A DNA stretch of 64,000 nt from Tubulanus polymorphus. Its lineage: Eukaryota; Animalia; Nemertea. The position numbers were made by a program, and so were the translations under genes. Location of the stretch: positions 5,798,485-5,862,484 of the forward strand of contig NC_134027.1 in NCBI RefSeq assembly GCF_964204645.1. The letters are read 5' to 3'. How positions within the stretch are numbered: the first letter of the stretch is position 1; every line of letters starts with the position of its first letter. The notes beneath the pieces are model-generated. The model searched no databases and had not been told where the DNA came from. It was given only the letters and a program-made list of their open reading frames with translations. Shown in pieces: positions 54,730 to 64,000 of the stretch.

Positions 54730-57688
54730 CTTCAAAAAGTCAGTGGCAAAAAATTTGGATCAAGATTTTTCGAAATTTGGAAATTTTGGGAAAAGGGTAG
54801 ATCGTAAAGATTCAAAATGTATTGTTAGATAATTCCGTAGTAGTGTTCAATGTTATTGTGAAGATGAATGTTATGAATTCAACATCATAGAAATCATAAA
54901 GAGACGTTGTTTTTAAGTTGAAAATCCTCTTAAAGTTGATCTGTCCTTTTTCAACCAAAGGAAAGTGCCCCTTTTCACGGGAAAAAATGCGCTTTTTCTT
55001 GAAATAAAACTACACCTAAAAAATTTATGAAGATGGATTAGTATTTTGGGGTCTATTTTGAATTGTGCATGTTTTTAGTCGTTCATGTTATATAGCTCAC
55101 ATTAATATTGCTGTATCTCAACTGTATCAGTAATATGTCGCACAAACTTTCTTAGAAAGCTTAATTAATCTCATACTAAGTTCTGCGCTGTGAACTTCGT
55201 TAAGAGCCTTCGGGAAATTCGTATTTCGTATCGCGGCCCTAAATAGGCCAGATCGTATTCCGCGCGCCGGCTTTTCGTCATACCACGAACACCTAAAGCG
55301 CCTCTCGGAGACGCTGACGCAGACTGAGAGGCGCCAACACTCGCTAGCTGTCTCTGGAAGCTGGCTAATTACACTGGTTACGCTATACCCCTTATAAAAA
55401 TGAGCATAAACACACCGATCCAAAATACGCAACAGCTTGTTATTAATGAAAACATCTCGCGTTTATCTCTTTTCTTCCTTTCACTAAGAAGCCGTTAGAA
55501 AACGGAAATTCAGGTCAGATACATATCTTGATCGTTATCAGTGCGTTTCCCGGTTTATGGCAAAATTATTTTACCGAATTTTTTGAGAACACCGCCAAAG
55601 ATTAATCGTGTGAGATTATAACTCGGTTTTTGATGGCATTAAGAGATAAGGACAAAGTAAACATATTCTACGAAGATAGATGAATTTCTTCACGTTCCTG
55701 GCAAATCAGGTTTCATAATCTTGAGACGTAACTTGCGTATCAAAAATACACACATGTTTCTATGGGAAAAAACCGTAAAATCTTCAGATTCTTGGGTTTC
55801 ATCTTCATTTTCCTATACTTTACTTTACCTTACTTTACTTTATTCGACAAACTCTTGGTTTTAATTCGAGTGTTACAGTTCATAAAAAGAAAGACTTACG
55901 TATACAACGTACAGTACATAGATGTTGATATACAAGTGAGCGCAGAGTTATCATTGGGAATCAAGTGAAAAATCCAATTTTACCAACAAAAATACACAGT
56001 TTAGGAAGTTCGACTCGATCATTAGTTTGCATCAATAATTCGTATTTAAAAAAGATGAAACGGGTTCGTATAAAATCTCCTGTCCAGATATAATTCCCCT
56101 ATCATTTAAAAATGTACAGTGGAAAAGATAATGAAATTCGCTCCCAATCCCATTCTTTCAGCACGCTCTACATTATCAAATCTACCAGTTTCTACTGGGA
56201 ACTTGTGATATGTATTACGGAATTTAATTGCAATCGATAATAAGGTTATCTTGAAAGGTTAGAGATTTCAGTGTTTTGGTATGTGAACAGCCAAAAACTA
56301 AGTACATTTGATTTGATAAAAACTGGTGTAATCACGGGCGTCCTAGGATTTTCAGAGGTCTTTTTAAAAGGGCCGAATCCACTAGATTTAATATTCAAGT
56401 TCTCAACCTAAAACAACCTAGACCTTAGAACCGATTTCTGTTATAGAGATTTTAGAGAGTAACTGTGGTCCCGGTCTAAACATATATATACATTATATAA
56501 TATTTCAAATCTAAATTGTGTCATAGTGTAAAATTTGCGTAAAAAGATATTTTTCTTTATTTGAAAAGGGGCACTAAGGCCGAAGGAGGTTGTTCGCACC
56601 CCCGTCTTCTCGTTGGCAATAAATGTTCGTTTGTCAATACGCTTCCTAGAATGACGGATGTCTCATGTCCGTTTCTATTCCTCGCAAGTCGCAAGGTGTA
56701 GGCAATTCATACGATAGAGGTAGCGACTGAACATCGGTCGTTTCCGTTTCCGATGAAACATTTATGGAGATACCAAGACAGTGGAGTAAGCCCACCAGGT
56801 CCCTGGGCCCGAGTTCAAAACGAAGCATGTCCTTCATTAGACCTACGTACATAGACTTGAATTCCTAGTGGTTTTTTAGTTTAGTACATATCGCTACCGC
56901 ATAGTGTCGTGAGCGTAGCAGGAATGGTTTTCCCAACGAACCTTCTTCACGCATTCAATCGATTGAATTTGTCTAAAATCTAATCTAAAATTTTTCTAAG
57001 CGGCAAAGGTCTCCTTGAGATTGCGTATATTGATTAATTCTGGAATGAACTAAATTATGACAAGCTTCTGGTGGCTTCTTTAAACTTATCTAGAAAGATT
57101 TTTATATTTTTGTTAAGTACATAATCTGTGTATAGTTGCTTTTTGTCAAATGTGGTTTATTCTATTCTTCGTGTTATGATTACAGATGATTAATACTTGT
57201 CGTTGTCCCTCTGTATACCTCTCGTTGAGGTAATTGATTGTAAATTTATTCCACTCGTTATCTTTAGATTGCAAAATTTTCCCATTTTGATTTGGAAGTT
57301 CAAGATTTGCTAAGGTGAACAATTTGTTAAGGTGAACAAGCTAGACTTCTCATTTCGTTCCCATTTCAAACGCATTGACATACTTTTTTGGGACACTGGT
57401 GGTGAAAGCATTAAGTTTTATTTTACTACAATTTATTTCTCACACGCTTGATACTCGATGGGTTGCGTTTGATATGAAACCACATAATCCCACTTGTCTT
57501 TGTGGGAAACTTTTTTGAATGATACTTATTAAAACATGCTTTCTCAATCTGTAAAAATATCTGAGACACTTTGGAGTGGGAGATAACAAGTTGACATAAA
57601 TGACGAAAGTGGGTTCAATCGGGTTCGCTTTGATACACGAGTATGACACTTGTTTAATGCTCATTGAAAATATACAAAATCCACCTTC

Positions 57689-57998
57689 AGCCACGACCAC
57701 ACGAGCGTTTTTGGCCCGTGTCAAATTTGCCTGGAAAAACCGTTCACACGGGTGTCAGATGGACCCGTACCTGTTTGGCCCGACCAAACGTCGGACCAGG
57801 CCCAGCCAAATGTTACTACGGGCTGAATTGTGTGTGAATCGCTACTGGTTCCAGAAGTGGCCCACTTGCTCACTGCACTTTGTTTAAGTATTGTTTAGTA
57901 CGAGTACGCGCTCTCTGATTGGGCACCGGCCAAATTGATCTTGGGCCTGATCCGTGCCAATTTGATTCAGGCCAAATCTTATCCATGTGATCGCGGCT
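57689..57998. mobile_element. Degenerate MITE-like element (~310 bp)
   Basis: Terminal inverted repeats AGCCACGACCACACG / CATGTGATCGCGGCT (12/15 match), further TTTGGCC sub-terminal symmetry, GC-richer interior than flanks. Confidence 0.55.
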
Positions 57999-60900
57999 TT
58001 CATGAAACAGCAGGAATCAAATAAGTATATAGTAAGCTACGCACAGTTTGTAACATCGATCGGATGATGGATGTCATACATCCGTTTTTTCCGAGTTTCT
58101 GGAAATCTTATCTCGTGACTCTCAAATTGTTAGATAACACCACTCCGTCCATCGCGTCGAATAAGATGTATCATAGAAGTGAATGGATGTATGAAAGAAA
58201 GCTCTCAAGTTTATTCATGACATGCTCTTCATTTATTCATTAGGAGTGAATCACAAACAATTAGATGGTGACGTCAGCGACCTCTATCGTATACATCAGT
58301 TTTTTGAACTCACAACAATTTGAATCCCGATCGGCAAACCTAAGACAATCCTAAGACTTTCGAAATTTATCTTCATTAATCTCACTAATAGTGATTCAAA
58401 TCTCGTTGCCATGCTGTCGACGATCGGATCATTTTTGCAGGAGAACAGTTCGTGAAACATACATCAGAAAGAAGAAGCCGATTATCGAAGAGAACTTATA
58501 TCAGTTGTTCAAACTGTCACATATGTATACACAAAACTTAAGTTGTGTAACTCAGTGTTTATGCAACACCGAAACTGATATGAATTATACCTTGTTTTAT
58601 TGATGGTTTTGCCGTTTGTCTTGTCAAGTTGTTGGCCATTGCACGACCAGTCATAATTCTCAAATCTGAACTTTTAGCCCCTTTGGTTGTTGTAATATCG
58701 AGCTCCAAAAAACCTCGAGAAATTATCAGGGAATAGTAATAAATCATATAAACGTATTCCTGTTAAAAACTATGCCAGGATACAGGATTCTGCTACCCAT
58801 ATTGCAAGTCCATCCAATCGTTTCTTTCTCATCAGAGGATTTCTTATCTTTGACGTTGGACCATGGAACTTCGTTTTAGAATCCATGGTTAGACTGTCTA
58901 TTTCGCGATCAAAAATTATGAAACATGTCGAGGTGATGAGAGAAAGACAGTTGTCGAAATATCACACCAACCAAATAAAGACAATAACTGGTCAAACGTC
59001 TAAACTACTGATTACTGAGAAAGATCTTATCGGCATCATTTCATCGGTGCATGGTCGAAATAAATCTCGAAGGTGGTCCGATACACTTCACGCACGCGTC
59101 AATGAAAATTAGTTCGGAAGTAAATTGTTTATCAAACGAATCAAGTTGAAACAACGTTCGGCAATTTTCGATCCAGATGTATCACACCTCCGCAGGTGAT
59201 CGAATACGAACTATCACAGAAACCACAAACAAATCTAACGGGACAATGCGACTGCGTTCGTGTATCGATTTCAATTGTATATAAAAATTACATTCACCCT
59301 CCAGCGTCAGCATCGAAAAACTATACCACCCATAATGAAGCACCCTCATCGTAGTAATTCCCGCGTTTAGATCGAGGGCACGGACTGTTTTCAGCTAAAC
59401 AACATACAAATTCTTTATCCTTGGTTCGAAATCGACAGTCTTCATTTTCGGTTTAAACTTCGAAGTTGTTTTCACAGGCTGATTAACTAAAATAACCTCT
59501 CTTTTGTAGAGACCCACACCAAAAAACAAGCAGTGACTGCGGCATATACAGTGATACGATTTCAATAGTTATTGACAGTCAGCGTCACCCCGTCTTTCAT
59601 TGTAAAGCTGCAGAATCGAAGGTTATGTGGGGCCTCTCTTCAAGAATCTGAGGTTTATGTGGATTATTTCTCTCCAAGTTTGAAATTCCGACATGGCACG
59701 TATTTACTACGATGATGATCATATCTCGTATTTCCTGTTTATCAATATTTTGGCGCTTTAACACAATACGTAATAGCGAAACCATAAATGACTGAGTATA
59801 CACACTCAGTCGACATTGTTTGTAAATTATGGATGCATATTTTTCTGATAATAATCGCTTCGTAAGAGCAGAAATTGCTATAGACAGTACGTTGTAAGAG
59901 CCTAGGGGTTTAACTCTTTCAGTCGAAACCGGATCAGGATCGAATCCGTGTAGCAGACTCGTGGAAAAATACGTGGTATTCTTTCTTTGTTTGAAAGTTA
60001 TCATCGATAATGAAAATTACAGTTATTTTGGAAACAATTATTTGTATTGATACACCTTGATCAGGTATTGAGAAAAAAGACATAGAAGATAACGTCTTAA
60101 TTCATGTTATGTTAGCAAATCAATTTCGAGAATAGGGTAAATTTTGCAGAAGTTTCGGATGTATTTCGTAGAAATTTCTTCCCAGAACCCGCGAGCCATG
60201 CAGTATTTAGATTTATGCTTTCGTGTTAATTTCGGTTTGACAAGCTGCATATGTATATGCTTGCGTGAATAATTGCACTCTTATTCCCAGGCCCGGACAA
60301 TTTTGCTAGGAGATCAAGAACCCCTCTTGAACAATCTGCAGATGATTGCTAATAAATTTCGCATTAAACGAGTTAATAATCTTCTAAATCGGAAGTCAGG
60401 GGCATTGTTCCGTTTTTATTTCAATGTGGCTTAACAAATAAAAATCTACATTGCTAATGGGGATTATAATTCATTTTGATGTTGTATTTATACAATAATT
60501 TCGAATTTTACGTTCTTATTTTTGGAAAATAAAGTTACAATCGATCATATTGTCGTGATTTATGTGTGGCGCATACTTCGTTTACGACGGGGATGATCGA
60601 TGCGCGTAAAATTCAAACCCAAACAATGATTTTTTAGATATTTTTACAGTGTCGCACGGACGAAAAAAGTCACTCGAAATATATAAGACGTGATAAAAAG
60701 GGTGGAAATTATATAGCATTTGGGCTGTAAACATATTTGCAGCAAATTATGCTGGTGTTGTGTGTTTGAAGCGAGGTGTGAGGTAGCTGACAATCATGCC
60801 GAAAAGTGTGAATGCGCATGCGCAACACTGGCGCCAAAATACCAGACGATTATTTAGTAAAATTGACATACCAATATATGTATATATATACATGTATATC

Positions 60901-61537
60901 GAGAAGTATTTTTGGTTTTTTTTTGGTTTTTATATACTTTCTGATTAGAACAGGCAAAACTTGGACTAATAGCAGCATCTAACTAAATCGGAACTCTCAA
61001 CCTTATTGATATTTCTGTTTGATGACGGACACGATATTTCCTTTCACATATCCCTTAGAGAAGTCTACTTTACTTCCAGAAGGGTTAATATTACAAAAAA
61101 CAACTCGCTTATTAATTCTGCTGGAAGTTTATGTACCTGGTTTGTATATGATAATCCAGTTGGCGGTTATGTTTTCTGGGTAGATTTGCGCTGTCAGTTA
61201 GGTAAATTATAGCTTTGTGTTCGCCTATTGTTTAGACTAGACTCGCAGTTACATTGTGTCCAGTTGCTGCATCTTTTCAGAAAAAAAATACATTTTTTAC
61301 CAGCTCCAGTTTCCAGCTCGCTAACAAATATCACTCCCGACTGTATACGAATAACCATAAACAGTAACGAATAGTAAACGATAGCTTCCCGCTCGAGGAA
61401 CTATTTCCAAAATTTGGGTCCTATTTACCTGTGATGAATATAACTTGACGTCAGAGTATGCTTGTATTAGTAAAATATGAATAAGTTAGATATGAAAATA
61501 TATACGAAATTGCCGACAGTGTCTTAGTCAAACACCT

Positions 61538-61647
61538 GGATCCAGTTCCACAGTTCTGATTTAAATTTAACCCTAGAGTTAAAACTTTGAAAATGAACTG
61601 ATGTTAACTCAGAGTTAACTCTAACTCACAACTGTGGAACCGGGCCC
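61538..61647. mobile_element. MITE-like element (~110 bp)
   Basis: 18-bp terminal inverted repeats GGATCCAGTTCCACAGTT / AACTGTGGAACCGGGCCC (15/18), internal GAGTTAA/TTAACTC symmetry; termini resemble the element at 9586-9725. Confidence 0.7.
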
Positions 61648-64000
61648 CGGTATTTCTCATATTGATTGATTGACGGCTAATCTTGGAGTCTGAGCCCGTC
61701 GGCTAAACTCGCCGACGTTTCGGTCATACCTGGACAAGTTCCCACTTTCGATAAACGCTCTCCGAAAAGCATGATATCCACTAAATCAACTGACAAATTT
61801 ATAATTGAGAGCTAAGAGCGTTTTATCGCTTAGTAAAATACGCGTCATGCGTCTGTAGATCATCAGTTTTATTAATACTGAAAAATCTACGCCTAATCAA
61901 CTAGCGATTTTGCGATATTCGATAAAAACGACGCCAAATGAATTTTCCCGGTTTCAGAGATTTGCTTACCGAAAAAGTGAAAAGACGTTTCGAGAGATTA
62001 CCATCGATTTTGAACAACATATACGCAGATTTAATGCAGTGCGGGATTCCAGGATCAACCAAAAATATATCTTTATGTGTTATGATGTTATGCATGTGCT
62101 TTTTGTGAATTCGTTTTTATCGCACAAAGGAAAGAATATCAACCAAATCTTCTGATCAAATCTTCTGATCAAAACCATGCTGGACATAAGTCGAAAACAT
62201 GGATGGCAAATAATCTCTGATCGTAGCTAATCTACGGGGCCATTGTGCCTTGATTTATCAGAAAAATTAAACATTTCAATGAAATGTTCCACGGTAACAG
62301 CACCTTGGTTGTTATTGCCTTGCGTTCAGTGATTTTCCACTTGTGAGACGCTGAAAGGAACACTGTTTCCTCTTCAAGATGATGACCGTTTTGTTTATCA
62401 CGTGAACTTCAGAGTTACAGGTGTAAAATGCCGAACAACGTCAGCATTTATAAACTCGCAAGCCCTCCGGTTATCACCAATAATCACTGGCCATGATTTG
62501 GCCACGCTTCCACGAGTCTGACTTGCTCGCAGAATAAACGATGAATAAACAAATTCGTCTTTAATGTTTCTGCCATAGTTTGTGGCTTTTCCCGTTACTT
62601 CGTATCGGTAGATCGATCGTTTCTTCGATTATGTTAATTTTTCATCATCTAATTACTAGAATTATCATATAGATCTGGATTTTCGTTAAGACGTTTTATC
62701 AAATCAACTCACTTTTACAAAATGCATGATCCATCAGGTGTGGCGAATCTGACATTTGTTAGCCTAGTGAATATATATTAGCAAAAGTGTAGTATATGAG
62801 GTAATCCTAATCACTTAATCCAATATCTCAACACCTGTAAAAAGAAGGCACTGATGCAAGAATATCCGTAAGCACATTCAGAGGCGTAAGAACATTTTTC
62901 GAATCTTGATTATAATCGCACCGTTGAGGAGTTTTTCACATATAAATCCTTTGGAAGTACGATGCTTTTCCTTCGAAACCGCCAAAGATAATGAGGTCCT
63001 GGAATGATACTATCCACTATTTAATTCCCACTTTCTTCCATTGTGTACTAACAAAATATCTTAAGACTAAACATGGTGCAAATATTTTTGAGTCGAAAGC
63101 TTCGAAATCGTACGACCTTCCCTGTATGATTTACCAAACAATTTATAAATTCTTTCCATACGAATAAACCAAGTTTCATGCCGAGATATAATCAATTTAC
63201 GCAATCAGTGCCAAGAGTAAATGGAATTTTTTATAAAACAGTTTAGATTGCTACATATATATGTATATATGAAGGTGTTTTAACGCCGGTTCTCCATCAC
63301 ATACCCTGACAGCAAAGTTATTACAATTTAACGATTTATCCTCCTGGATATTGTAATGTCGGTGAGGTTATTATAACTTCGCCTATTTAAAAAAATGGTG
63401 AATACGAAAAGGTTTAAAAAGTCGTCATCGGACTGTTGATTTCTGTAGATCGTCTTTGCAAAAACCCAGTCATTCTTCTAATCCGATAGTTTTTCATGTT
63501 GAAAATTATTTTTTCCGGATAAACACACATTTTTTACCCGGAAATACAACTCTCATTTTCGCAACAAAATTTTTTGCAACACTTGAAAACGCATCGGTAA
63601 ACAATGCAGAATATAATTTGTATCTTCCTCCCGTAGGAAAGCAAAATAATCAGAAGTTTATCATTTGACCCCACACACGAAGATTGAAGTGCTGGACCTA
63701 AAAGTCCTTAGAAGTTGCCACCGCTCAGATTCATTATTCGTATTCAAAGGAATTGAAAATCATACCGTCTAAAATATCTTTAACATTTTAATGATGATCA
63801 TCCTAAACTTTTTATCATGGGAAATGTATGATTATTCATGATTATTATGAATCGGAAGAAAGCTTGGAGACGGACGATTTCTGGACGAATAGATCGACAA
63901 AGGGCCGAATCCAACACAACAGTTGCTGCGTTGTTGTTGATGTTGTTGTGTGAGTTTTTCGCACTGTAGGCCGAGGTAGTGGTGACATCGCTCGGCAGCT

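Noticed and set aside
56336-56610. Possible degenerate DNA-transposon remnant (also ~54760-55000)
   Set aside because: No demonstrable terminal inverted repeats or target duplication.
1-64000. CRISPR arrays, prokaryotic defence systems, rRNA, autonomous transposase or reverse transcriptase ORFs
   Set aside because: No spaced direct-repeat arrays or such motifs; short tandem duplications (e.g. 4510, 19582, 62146) are simple slippage events in a spliceosomal genome.

Overview
AT-rich eukaryotic (bilaterian invertebrate, probably lophotrochozoan; inferred, not proven) genomic DNA with short spliceosomal introns. The first ~21 kb is a compact gene block, reconstructed by hand from splice sites: NDRG family gene (minus, truncated at the window start, with several frame-preserving micro/mini-exons), a 142-aa single-pass PPxY membrane protein (plus), a NitFhit fusion gene (minus, two U12-type introns), BolA2 (plus), SLC7A6OS/Iwr1 (minus) and a secreted Cys-rich DUF4773-like gene (plus). 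The remaining ~43 kb is a CpG-rich, gene-poor domain centred on an intronless FoxC CDS (42846-44474, minus). It also holds a 78-bp-arm palindrome, an aberrant tRNA-Lys-like gene, small MITEs and two tentative unannotated spliced units (~24.0-24.7 kb plus; ~52-55 kb minus). No prokaryotic-type systems, CRISPR arrays or rRNA are visible. No database searches were run; family calls rest on recognised motifs.
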